This document shows, in pieces, positions 48,073 to 57,042 of a DNA stretch of 64,000 nucleotides; position 1 is the first letter of the stretch; each line of letters opens with the position of its first letter. The notes beneath the pieces are model-generated. The model was not told the DNA's origin, searched no databases, and saw only the letters and a list, made by a program, of their open reading frames with translations. The DNA is from an uncultured Rickettsiales bacterium (GTDB lineage: Bacteria > Myxococcota_A > UBA796 > UBA9615): positions 5,323 to 69,322 of the forward strand of contig CAZUHI010000040.1 of the NCBI GenBank assembly GCA_964620495.1. The letters are read 5' to 3'. The translations under genes were made by a program, and so were the position numbers.

Positions 48073-49161
48073 TCACGCGGCCCCCACGACGGAGACCCGG
48101 AGGCCGCCGCCGCGTGCGCAGGTGACGACCAGGGCCGCGCGGCCCCGGCATCCGTCGCCGTCAGCATGAACCGGCAGGGAACGATCCGCCAGCAGCAGCG
48201 CCGCGAGGGCCACGCGGAAGGCGCCGTCCGCGGGGTGCGTGCCGACCCGCCGGTGGTGGTCCGTCCGGGGGACGTCGCGGCCGAGGGCCGTCGCCACCGC
48301 GGCCTGCAGGGCCGGGTGGTCGGGGTGGGACAGCAGCGCGACGCCCACGTCTCCGGCCGCGGTCCTTGTGGCGTCCAGGGACCGGCGAATCAGCTCCACG
48401 AGGCCGTCGAGCCGGTCCGGCAGCAGCAGCGCGGACCGCCCGGACGGCGTGGACGCGCCCCAGGACCCCAGGAAGCGCGCGCGCACCTCGGCGCCCCGGG
48501 CCGCGGCCCGATCCGGCGTCTCCAGCAGGACCGCGGCGGCGCCCTCGCCCAGGGGCTGCGCGACGCTCCAGCCCGAGGCCGCCCGCGTGGCGCGCGCGAG
48601 GGTCTCCCCCAGCTCCTCCGCCCCGCTGCCGACCCCGGCCTCGATCCAGCCCGCGGCGATGCCGTCCGCGATCCAGGCGACGGCCTCGTCCCCGCAGGTC
48701 TCGTGCCGACAGAAGGTGTGCGACGGGCCGCGCAGCCCCAGGAAGATCCCCGCGTACCCCGCCCCCGCGTTGGGGACCAGGTTCGGGAAGTCCATGGGAT
48801 TGCAGAGCGCCGGGCCCTTCGCCTTGAGGCGCGAGAGGAACTTCCAGGTCTCGGTGAGCGTGCCGTAGTCGGTGCCCACCGCGAGCCCGAGGTTCTCGAG
48901 GTCCCCGAAGCCCGCGGCGTCGTCCCGGGCGTGGGCGATCCCCGAACAGATGATCTTGCTGAGCCGATCCATGCGCCGGAAGGCCTTGCGGTGATCGGGG
49001 TACAGCGCGGCCGCCTTGTACTTCGGGAGCTTCACGCCGCCCGCCTCGGGGCCGTCTCCGATCCGGTCGGCGGAGCGGCCCGCGCGCCAGGCCTCCACGA
49101 ACTCCTCGCGGCCCGACCCCAAGGGGGAGAGGACCCCGATGGAGGTGATGAAGGCGGTCAT
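48073..49161 (-). CDS. Ketosynthase-like protein lacking canonical Cys-His-His triad (chain-length-factor-like partner)
   Basis: ATG at 49161 overlaps the KS stop (ATGA). It has a thiolase-fold layout (ITSIGVLSPLG..., GYAGIFLGLRGPSHTF). No ACxS active-site context and no HGT or GH motifs are recognisable. Confidence 0.7.
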   Translation of the reverse strand: MTAFITSIGVLSPLGSGREEFVEAWRAGRSADRIGDGPEAGGVKLPKYKAAALYPDHRKAFRRMDRLSKIICSGIAHARDDAAGFGDLENLGLAVGTDYGTLTETWKFLSRLKAKGPALCNPMDFPNLVPNAGAGYAGIFLGLRGPSHTFCRHETCGDEAVAWIADGIAAGWIEAGVGSGAEELGETLARATRAASGWSVAQPLGEGAAAVLLETPDRAAARGAEVRARFLGSWGASTPSGRSALLLPDRLDGLVELIRRSLDATRTAAGDVGVALLSHPDHPALQAAVATALGRDVPRTDHHRRVGTHPADGAFRVALAALLLADRSLPVHADGDGCRGRAALVVTCARGGGLRVSVVGAA

Positions 49162-50402
49162 CGCGGCGCCTCGTAGTCCGGCGAGGCCACGCACAGGGAG
49201 CTGTCGTTGCCGCCGAAGGCGAAGCTGTTGCTCAGGAAGACGTCGAACGCCGCGTCGCGACCGACGCCGGGCACCGGGTCGATGTCGATGTCCGGGTCGC
49301 GCTCCTCCCAGCCCGCGGTGGGCGGCAGGAACCCGGCCTCCATGCCGAGCAGCGCGGCGGCCAGCTCGACGGCTCCCGAGGCGCCGAGGAGGTGGCCGGT
49401 CTGGGACTTCGTGGAGCTTACGGGGATGTCTCGACTCCCGAAGAGTCGGCGCACGCCTCGAGCCTCGGCGACGTCGTTGTGGGGCGTCGCCGTGCCGTGC
49501 GCGTTCACGTACCCGACGTGCTCCGGAGGCACGCCCGCGTCCCGCAGGGCCGCCCCCATGGCCCGCGCGGCGCCCGCGCCCGACGGATCGGGCTGCACCA
49601 GGTGGAAGGCCTCGGCCACGTTGCCGAACCCGAGGATGCGGGCGCGGATCCGGGCCCTTCGAGCCCTCGCGGTGGCCTCGTCCTCGAGCACGAACATGCC
49701 CGCGCCTTCGCCGATGACCATCCCCTGGCGACGCGCGTCGAAGGGCAGCGGGCGCTCCGGGGCGACGAGGCTGAGGCTGTTGAAGCCGGCGTGAGTGAGG
49801 CGACACAGCGCGTCGGAGCCGCCCACCACGACGCGGGAGCAGCGGCCCGATCGGATCCACATGGCGCCGAGGCCGACGGCGTTCGTCGAGGAGCTGCAGG
49901 CGGTGGAGATCGTGGTCGCGGGTCCTCGCAGCCGCGCGGCGCGGGCGAGGAAGTCGGTGGTCGTGCCCACCGGGGTCGTGAGGAGCAGGGAGGGCGCCGC
50001 CGTGACCCAGAAGTCGTCGTCCTCGGGGGTGTCCAGGAGCTCCGACTCCGCCTCCGGGGTCCCCGCGGTGCACGTGCCGACGGCCAAGCCGGCGTCGCGG
50101 AGGTCGTCCCGGTGCAGGCCCGCGTCCTGGAGCGCCTCGGCCAGGGCCGCCAGCCCGAACAGCGCCGTGCGGCCCTGGCGCGTGGTGAGCCGGACCCCGG
50201 TGGCGCGGGCCGCGGCGCGGACGGCCGGGGTGCGGACGTCTCCCCGGATCTGGCCCGCCACCGAGCTGCGGTACGCGGACGCGTCGAACAGGTCGATCGT
50301 GCCGACGCCGCAGTCCCCCGCCCGCAGTCCTCGCCCGTACGCCTCGAGGCCCACGCCCACGGGAGCGGCGACGCCCATCCCGGTGACGACGACGGAGGTC
50401 AC
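49158..50402 (-). CDS. Beta-ketoacyl-ACP synthase (FabF/KAS II-like)
   Basis: GTG at 50402 overlaps the dehydratase stop (GTGA). Shows VVVTGMG, active-site TACSSS, NAHGTATP, KSQTGHLLGASG and SNSFAFGGN. Confidence 0.9.
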   Translation of the reverse strand: MTSVVVTGMGVAAPVGVGLEAYGRGLRAGDCGVGTIDLFDASAYRSSVAGQIRGDVRTPAVRAAARATGVRLTTRQGRTALFGLAALAEALQDAGLHRDDLRDAGLAVGTCTAGTPEAESELLDTPEDDDFWVTAAPSLLLTTPVGTTTDFLARAARLRGPATTISTACSSSTNAVGLGAMWIRSGRCSRVVVGGSDALCRLTHAGFNSLSLVAPERPLPFDARRQGMVIGEGAGMFVLEDEATARARRARIRARILGFGNVAEAFHLVQPDPSGAGAARAMGAALRDAGVPPEHVGYVNAHGTATPHNDVAEARGVRRLFGSRDIPVSSTKSQTGHLLGASGAVELAAALLGMEAGFLPPTAGWEERDPDIDIDPVPGVGRDAAFDVFLSNSFAFGGNDSSLCVASPDYEAPR

Positions 50403-50809
50403 GCCGCCTCCGGAACGCCGCGACGTACCACGATCTTGCCCTGCGCGAGCATGCGGTGATGCACCCACACCTCGCCGTCGAGCATCACCATCGGGCCGAA
50501 GGCCTTGGTCTTTCGGATCTTGATGGTCAGCCGGTCGCCGGGGCGGGGCCGACCGGACACGCGCACCCCGTCCACCGACGCGAGCAGGCCCGTCTCGGGG
50601 TCCCCGCCGGCGGCCGCGTTCGCGAGGCCGTGCCAAGCCGCCGCGGCCTGGGCCATGGCCTCGACCATCAACAGGCCGGGGAGGAGCCGACGCGACCAGG
50701 AGTCGCCGGAGCGGGGGACGTCGTAGAGGAAGAGGCCGCCGGCCTCGTCGGTCCCCGACACGGTCGAGAGGAAGAGGAACGGGTCCCGGTGGGGGATCGG
50801 GAGGTCCAC
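50399..50809 (-). CDS. Hot-dog fold 3-hydroxyacyl-ACP dehydratase (FabA/FabZ-like, ApeI/ApeP-type)
   Basis: GTG at 50809. Shows LPIPHRDPFLFL and LPGLLMVEAMAQ. Confidence 0.8.
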   Translation of the reverse strand: MDLPIPHRDPFLFLSTVSGTDEAGGLFLYDVPRSGDSWSRRLLPGLLMVEAMAQAAAAWHGLANAAAGGDPETGLLASVDGVRVSGRPRPGDRLTIKIRKTKAFGPMVMLDGEVWVHHRMLAQGKIVVRRGVPEAA

Positions 50810-50819
50810 GCCCGGGGGC

Positions 50820-51083
50820 TCAGCCCGCGGTGCGGTTTGCGTTGATGTGGTCCGTGATCGTGCGCACGGTCTGGAAGATCGCCTCGCCACGGCCCTCATC
50901 GATCGTGACGCCGTAGTTCTCCTCGATGGCGACGGCCAGCTGGAGCGCGTCCAGGGAGTCGAGCTCCAACCCTTCGTCGCCGAACAGCGCGCCGTCGGGA
51001 TCCACGTCGTCCGCTTCGTAGTCCTCCGCGAGGTTCAGAGCCTCGAGGAGCATCGCGGTCACCTGTTGCGTCGTCAGCGACAT
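50820..51083 (-). CDS. Acyl carrier protein
   Basis: ATG at 51083 (MSLTTQQV...). Phosphopantetheine attachment site LELDSLDALQL. 87 aa, acidic. Confidence 0.85.
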   Translation of the reverse strand: MSLTTQQVTAMLLEALNLAEDYEADDVDPDGALFGDEGLELDSLDALQLAVAIEENYGVTIDEGRGEAIFQTVRTITDHINANRTAG

Positions 51084-51096
51084 GCGCGGCTTTCTA

Positions 51097-53610
51097 TCAA
51101 ACGCCGGCGCGGCTGTCATGACCGGCGCCGGGGGCGTCCGGGCCGGGCAGAAACCGCGCGAGCAAGGCAGGGAGCAGGACCACCGACGACCCGAACGCGA
51201 TGGCCAGGGCGAGCGACACGGCCCGCCCCATCCCCGCGAGCGCGTCGAAGCTGGAGAGCGACAGGACGCCGAACGCGGCGAGCGTGGTCAGCGTGGTCAC
51301 GAGGACGGCGCGGCCGGACCCGGCGAGGGTGTCGTCCAGGCGCCCGGGCCGCCCCCCGCGCTCGAGGTAGCGATCGAGCATGAAGAGGTGGTCGTCGATG
51401 CCGACGCCCACCAGCAGCGGGATCCCGGCCATCGCGAAGAATGTGATGGGTACGCCCAGGGCCGAGTAGATGCCCACGAAGACGAAGAGGCCGCCCGCGA
51501 GGGGCAGGAAGGCGACCCCGACGACGTCCCGCCGACGATAGTGAACGACGAGCACCAGCAGCAGCAGGACCGTACAGGCCCCGATGAGCCGGAAGATGCC
51601 CCACGAGAGGTACCCCTCCGCTTGCTGTTCGACGAGCGGCAGGCCCGTGACGTGGACGTTCACCCCCTCGACCGGGGGAGGCGCCGCCGAGAGCAGCGCG
51701 TCGTACACCTCCTGGGGGGTGGGGCCCGGGACGCGGTGGATGTGGGTGACGATCCGCACCTCGTCGTCGACCTCGGCGACGTGCTTCTCTGCGAACCAGC
51801 GCTGCCAGGCGGCCGCCGGGGCGAGCTCCGGCTCGGTGCCCGCGGCGAAGGCCCGGAGGCCGTCGAGGGCGGGGGTGAAGGGCTCCACGCGGAAGCCCTG
51901 GGCCAGCAGCGCCGCGCCCAGGTCGTCGGCGGCCTGCGCGACGTCCACCCGGGCGCGGAGCGCGTCCCGCCGGGCGGCGGCGGTTCTGCGGGCGGGCTCG
52001 AGGACGGAGAGGGTCTCGTAGGCCGCCACGGTCCCCGACTCCACGACCGCGTCGAGCACCTCCGCCCACGCGTCGTTCGCCTGGAGGACCTTCTCCCGGT
52101 CCGTCCCCTGGAGCAGGACGACCATGCGGCCCAGCTCCTCCCCGAAGTGCCTGTCGATCGCGCGATCGACCCGCACCGGGTCGAGGCTCAGGGGTCGGAA
52201 CCCGTCCATCTTCACGGAGAAGCCCAAGGGAGCCCGGAACGCGACGAGGGTCACGGCGAGGAGCACGTAGGCGACCAGGATCGCGGTGCTGCGGCGGTGG
52301 ATGAACCCGGCCGCCGCCCGCGCCGCGCCCGTCCCGACGCCGGGGTCCGGGCCGATCCGGTCGCCGAGGACGATCCACATGGCGGGGAGGACCGCGAGCA
52401 TCACCGCGGCGTTCACCAGCACGCCCATGCAGGCGAGGGCGCCCATCTGCGAGAGAGCCTTCGAGCCCACCACGGCGACGCCGAGGAGCGCCGCCGCCGT
52501 CGTGACCGCGGCCGTCACGACCGCGGGACCCACCGCCCGGACGGCGTCGATGGCCGCCTCGCGCGGGGGCTTGGCGCGACGCGACTCGCGATACCGGGAG
52601 GTCAGATGTACAGCCGGGTCCACGCCGAGGCCGAAGAGGATCGCCGCGAAGCCCGCCGCCATGGGGGTCAGCTCGCCGAGGAGCAGGCCGGGGCCGCCCA
52701 GGGTCAGGAGGACCGAGTAGGGGAGCAGGACCAGCATCGTGCCCAGGCTGTGGATCGAGCGGTAGAAGACCAGGAAGAGGAGGAGGACGGCGACGATCGA
52801 GACCAACGCCAGGCGGCCTGCGTCGGCGCGCGTGGCGTCCTCGATGTGGCGGGCGTACATCAGACCGCCGGTCATGCCGAAGCGGGCCCCGTGGCTGCCC
52901 TCCAGCACGGCGGCCGCCCGGGCGCGGAGGTCGTCCTCGAGCCGCTCGGAGAAGGCGCGGGGGCTGCCCTCCACCGGGACGGGCCGCACGATCATGAGGA
53001 GGGCGCGGCCGTCCGGCGAGATGAAGCCCCCGCCCGCGGCGTCGAAGCGGCGGACCCCGCTGCGCAGGCGGGCACCGAGGAGCTCGAGGAGGCCCAGGGG
53101 ATCGCGGAGCAGCAGACCTCGAGTGTCCGCGTCCATGGGCGACATCAGCAGGTTCTTGAGGCCCTCGGCCCGGGCCTCCAGCGCCCCCGGCGTCACCCGG
53201 TTCTCGATCTCCGAGATGCCCGCGTCGTCCAGGAGGTCGAGGGTGAGCAGGGGGTCCGTCGCGGGCAAGCCCTCGGCGGGGCGGATCGCGGCCGAGACCA
53301 CCAGCTCCGAGGACTCGAACGCGTCGACCAGGCGCTCGCCCATCGCCGCCAGCGCCGCGGGGTCCGACTCCTCGACCTCGACCAGCCCGTAGACGGCCTC
53401 GGCCTCCGCGAAGCCCTGGAGCCAGAGCGCGAGCCCCCGGGCGGGTCCGGCGCGGTCCGGGAGCATGCTCGCCAGATCCCCGGTGATCGATACCGAGAGC
53501 AGCCCCGGCATCGCCAGGATCCCCACGAGGGCCGCGATCAAGAGCGTGCGGCCGGGCCGCCCGGTGGACAGCCCGGCGAGCTTCATGAGCGCGCGGCGGA
53601 GGGGGGTCAA
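51097..53610 (-). CDS. MMPL/RND-superfamily exporter ('predicted exporter', ApeM-like)
   Basis: About 830 aa with two blocks of ~6 TM helices, each preceded by a large loop. The start is either TTG at 53610 or ATG at 53586. Confidence 0.85.
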   Translation of the reverse strand: MTPLRRALMKLAGLSTGRPGRTLLIAALVGILAMPGLLSVSITGDLASMLPDRAGPARGLALWLQGFAEAEAVYGLVEVEESDPAALAAMGERLVDAFESSELVVSAAIRPAEGLPATDPLLTLDLLDDAGISEIENRVTPGALEARAEGLKNLLMSPMDADTRGLLLRDPLGLLELLGARLRSGVRRFDAAGGGFISPDGRALLMIVRPVPVEGSPRAFSERLEDDLRARAAAVLEGSHGARFGMTGGLMYARHIEDATRADAGRLALVSIVAVLLLFLVFYRSIHSLGTMLVLLPYSVLLTLGGPGLLLGELTPMAAGFAAILFGLGVDPAVHLTSRYRESRRAKPPREAAIDAVRAVGPAVVTAAVTTAAALLGVAVVGSKALSQMGALACMGVLVNAAVMLAVLPAMWIVLGDRIGPDPGVGTGAARAAAGFIHRRSTAILVAYVLLAVTLVAFRAPLGFSVKMDGFRPLSLDPVRVDRAIDRHFGEELGRMVVLLQGTDREKVLQANDAWAEVLDAVVESGTVAAYETLSVLEPARRTAAARRDALRARVDVAQAADDLGAALLAQGFRVEPFTPALDGLRAFAAGTEPELAPAAAWQRWFAEKHVAEVDDEVRIVTHIHRVPGPTPQEVYDALLSAAPPPVEGVNVHVTGLPLVEQQAEGYLSWGIFRLIGACTVLLLLVLVVHYRRRDVVGVAFLPLAGGLFVFVGIYSALGVPITFFAMAGIPLLVGVGIDDHLFMLDRYLERGGRPGRLDDTLAGSGRAVLVTTLTTLAAFGVLSLSSFDALAGMGRAVSLALAIAFGSSVVLLPALLARFLPGPDAPGAGHDSRAGV

Positions 53611-53626
53611 GGGGGCGTCGGGGAGG

Positions 53627-55114
53627 TCAAGGGGCGGCGGAGCGCTCGGCCGGGGTCAGGAACGCGTCCGGGTCGAGGGTCGCGCCCAGCGTCAGGGCGG
53701 AGAAGACGATCACGGTGCGGTCGCCGGAGGCCTCGTCCATGGCGATGCGGCGAAGCGCGGTGGGGGTCCCGTCGATCGTCAGCTCCACCTTCACGAACAT
53801 GGCGCGCGCGGCGGGCACCCGGGGCGCGAGGGTCCACGTCCCCTCCCCGGTCGCCTCGGCCTCGAAGAAGGCCTGCAGCGTGTCCGCGTCCAGGGCGAAG
53901 AGCGACTCCATGATGCGGCCGCTCTTCTCGGCGCCCGGCAGCGCCCAGCCGCTCGCCCCGGCGCCGATCTCCTCCTGCGACTTGTCGGCCGGGTAGAAGC
54001 GCCCGTCCGCCATGAGGACCTTGGGGCCGCCGTCGTACGCCCAGATCAGCCGCCCGTCCGACCGACGCAGCTGCAGATCGCCGGTGCGCACGACCTCCTT
54101 CGCGAACAGCGCGGAGGTCTTCCGCTGCTCGAAGCGGGCCTTCACCGTGGCGTGACTCGCGAGCTCTGCGCACGCGGCCTGCAGCCCCTCGGGCAGCGGG
54201 TTCTTCCCTGCGGCGGAGGCCGAGCCGGCCGCCCCGAGCAGGAGCATCCCCACGATCAACACGGTCGCCCACTCGAGGGCGGAGCGGCGGGGACGGGTGC
54301 GGTCGACGGCCATCGGGTCCTCCAGGTACGCCGGCTCGCCCGTGAGATCCGCGACGGTCACCGCCTGCAGCCCGCGCTGCGCCAACCCGTCGAGGATGGT
54401 GGGCAGCGCGGCCAGGACCGGGGGCTCGCGAGGCGCACCGAGCGTGGCGTCGTGGAGTAGGACGATGTCTCCGCCCCGAACCTTCGAGAGAACCCGGGAC
54501 ACCACCCGGGGGGCCTCGAGGCCCCCCCCGTCGAAGGGGCGCACGGCCCAGGCCGCGACCCGGACCCCCCACCGGCGGAGGGTCGCGTACACCGGCGGCG
54601 CGATGAGACCGACCGGAGGCCGGTAGAAGCGCGGCGACACCCCCGAGGCCTCTTGCACGACGCGCATGCCCTGCTCGAAGTCGTCCGCGAACCGGCGCGG
54701 CGACAGCATCAACGACCACCGATGAGCGTGCCCGTGGAACGCCACCTGGTGCCCGCGTCGCACGATCTCGCGGGCGACCCCGCCGTGCTCCGCCACCCGG
54801 CGACCCACCACGAAGAACGTCCCCCGGGCCCCCGCCGCCTCGAGCAGATCCAACACGCGGGGCGTGGTCTCGGGGTCCGGCCCGTCGTCGAAGGTGAGGG
54901 CGACGGCGTCGCTCCGCGGGGACCGGCTGACGGCCGCGCCGAAGAGCTGCCACTGGGGGAAGAACCCGGCCCCGAAGACGAAGGCGAGCAGGCCCAACGC
55001 GCCCGCGACGTCCAGGGCCCAGAGGTCGGGGGCGAAGCGGTGGCCGGCGACGACGGTGACCAGGCCGCCCGCGAGCAGCGCAGGCCAGATCAACGTCGGC
55101 CAGGGTCGGGTCAC
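53627..55114 (-). CDS. Fusion: 2-TM anchor + NodB-type polysaccharide deacetylase + internal signal/TM + LolA-like lipoprotein-carrier domain
   Basis: GTG at 55114 overlaps the upstream stop (GTGA). Deacetylase motifs LTFDDGP and HGHAH. An in-frame MAVDRTRPRRSALEWATVLIVGMLLLGAAGSASA (ATG at 54313) has no intervening stop. A LolA-like beta-fold follows (ARFEQRKTSALF...GDLQL....RLIW.Y). Confidence 0.7.
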   Translation of the reverse strand: MTRPWPTLIWPALLAGGLVTVVAGHRFAPDLWALDVAGALGLLAFVFGAGFFPQWQLFGAAVSRSPRSDAVALTFDDGPDPETTPRVLDLLEAAGARGTFFVVGRRVAEHGGVAREIVRRGHQVAFHGHAHRWSLMLSPRRFADDFEQGMRVVQEASGVSPRFYRPPVGLIAPPVYATLRRWGVRVAAWAVRPFDGGGLEAPRVVSRVLSKVRGGDIVLLHDATLGAPREPPVLAALPTILDGLAQRGLQAVTVADLTGEPAYLEDPMAVDRTRPRRSALEWATVLIVGMLLLGAAGSASAAGKNPLPEGLQAACAELASHATVKARFEQRKTSALFAKEVVRTGDLQLRRSDGRLIWAYDGGPKVLMADGRFYPADKSQEEIGAGASGWALPGAEKSGRIMESLFALDADTLQAFFEAEATGEGTWTLAPRVPAARAMFVKVELTIDGTPTALRRIAMDEASGDRTVIVFSALTLGATLDPDAFLTPAERSAAP

Positions 55115-56997
55115 GGGGCGGTCGCCTCGCCCGCCGGCGGCCTCACCTGCCCGAAGAGATCGGCGAGCTGCTCGGCGAACCGCGCGGGCTCGGTCGTGGC
55201 GTTGGGCGACAGGTGCCGACCCGTCCACCGAACGACCGTCTCCCGGTTGAACAGCGGGCCGGACCAGGACCCGTAGCTGCGGGCCTCCCAGAATGGCGTC
55301 GAGCGCTTGAGGGACGGGGAGCCGACCCCGGGGCGACGCCCCTGAAAGCGCCAGGACTCCCGCAGCTCGAACGCGAAGAGCTGCGTGTCCACCCCCAGGG
55401 TCTCCGATGTCGCGCGCGAGGGGGCGCCGTGCCGCACCGTGGGCAGCGGCGGGGGCAGGATGCTGCCGTCCGGCCCCGCCACCGCGGCGGCGTCGACCGA
55501 GCCGGTCGCCTGCACCACGACGCGCCCGCCGGAGGCGTCCGAGATCTCCGTCGTGAGCGACTCGGCCCACGGGCCCGCCGCCCAGATCAGGTCGCCCGAG
55601 GGCACCCGCTCCGCCGGACGACCGGCGCGCTCCCACTCCCGCACCCGGGCCGCGGGGGCGCCCTGCAGGCGACCGGTGAGGCTGATCGCGAAGCGGCCGT
55701 CCTCGCCCTCCGTGGCGCGCAGGGACCAGCTCGACGCGAGCAGCTCGCCCGGCAGCCGCAGCCAACGGGCCCCTTCGGGGGCGAGCAGGACCGCCGAGCG
55801 GCCCGCCAGCAGCTCCTCCGTCTCGCCGAGCCAGGCCGAAGACAGGGCGGGATCGATGAACAACGGCCGCCCTTCGGCGACGAAGACGTCCGGCACGTAG
55901 ACCAGGGTGCGATCGAGGACCGGGACCACGCGCTCGGGGTTGGGCTCCTGCCCGTCGGTCGACGTCAACACCACCTCGGCGCGCACGTCCGCGGTCCGAA
56001 GGAGGGCCATCAGCAGGGCCGCGCGGTCGGCCGTCGTGCCGCGCTTCTCCTCGAGGGTGTACTGGGCCGACTGCGGCAGGCGCCACGTGCCGCCGCGGCC
56101 GCCGTTCGCGTCGAGCGCGGTCTCGTCCAGGGCGATGCGGGCGGCCTCGCGCACCGACGGGAGCCCACCCCCGCGGCCGAGGACGCGGCCCGCCATGCCG
56201 ATCACGGGGCCGGTGGCCCGCGCGGCGGCCAGGTACTGGAGGCGATGGTCGAGGGCCACGTCGTCCCACGCGTCGCCGGAGGTGACCACGACCTCCGGGA
56301 CCCGACCCGCGAGGCTGCGGATGCCGCCCGCGGGGGGCCGCGCCTGCACGCCCTCGAGCTCGAAGAAGACACGGAGCTTGCCGCCGTCGAGCGCCTGCTT
56401 GCGCAGCTCGGTGTCCCACCGGAGCAGCTGCACCGTGGGCTCCGCCTCGGCGAAGGACTCCACGGAGAAGACCAGCCGCTCGGCTGCGCCTGCGGGCGGC
56501 TGCACGGCGAACCGGAACGCGAAGCGGTCGTCGAGGCCGTCGATGCGGGTTCGGCGGACGCGCACCTCGGCGGTGACCTCGTCTTCGCCGGCCGGGAGCA
56601 CGACGCCGCAGCCCGCGAGGCCGCGCTCGTCCACGTCCCCGACGTGGATCTCCAGGCCGGACTCGAGCTCCTCCTCGGGATCGTCCGACTCGGCGACGGC
56701 GTCGTTCACCACCCGGCAGGACTCGCCGAGGCTGGGATCGAACTCCGCCAGCACCACCGGCGAGGGCGCGTTCGTGCGTCGCTGGATCACGGCCCTGGTG
56801 CGCAGCTCGAAGGCGTCGGGCTCGACCAGATCGAGGGTCGTCTCCACGCTGCGCAGGAGCATGGAGCCGGCGGCCGGGTTGCGGTCGCTGACGAAGAAGT
56901 GCTTCCAGCCGCCCGCGTCCACGGCGGGGCCCCGCTTGGCGCCCACGGCGGGGCTCGCGGCGAGCAGGATCAGGGCGACGGGGAGCAGGCGGCGCAT
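55111..56997 (-). CDS. Secreted DUF3857/transglutaminase-like protein, catalytic Cys apparently absent
   Basis: 628-aa ORF. Signal peptide MRRLLPVALILLAASPAVGA. The segment RGTTADRAALLMALLRTADVRAEVVL resembles the transglutaminase-core helix (G-C-x-D-FA-x-L..ALLRA.GI.AR.V) with Thr in place of Cys. Confidence 0.5.
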   Translation of the reverse strand: MRRLLPVALILLAASPAVGAKRGPAVDAGGWKHFFVSDRNPAAGSMLLRSVETTLDLVEPDAFELRTRAVIQRRTNAPSPVVLAEFDPSLGESCRVVNDAVAESDDPEEELESGLEIHVGDVDERGLAGCGVVLPAGEDEVTAEVRVRRTRIDGLDDRFAFRFAVQPPAGAAERLVFSVESFAEAEPTVQLLRWDTELRKQALDGGKLRVFFELEGVQARPPAGGIRSLAGRVPEVVVTSGDAWDDVALDHRLQYLAAARATGPVIGMAGRVLGRGGGLPSVREAARIALDETALDANGGRGGTWRLPQSAQYTLEEKRGTTADRAALLMALLRTADVRAEVVLTSTDGQEPNPERVVPVLDRTLVYVPDVFVAEGRPLFIDPALSSAWLGETEELLAGRSAVLLAPEGARWLRLPGELLASSWSLRATEGEDGRFAISLTGRLQGAPAARVREWERAGRPAERVPSGDLIWAAGPWAESLTTEISDASGGRVVVQATGSVDAAAVAGPDGSILPPPLPTVRHGAPSRATSETLGVDTQLFAFELRESWRFQGRRPGVGSPSLKRSTPFWEARSYGSWSGPLFNRETVVRWTGRHLSPNATTEPARFAEQLADLFGQVRPPAGEATAP

Positions 56998-57042
56998 CGG
57001 CGGGGAACCCTACGGTCTCGCGCCCGCGATGGCTACAGCGTC

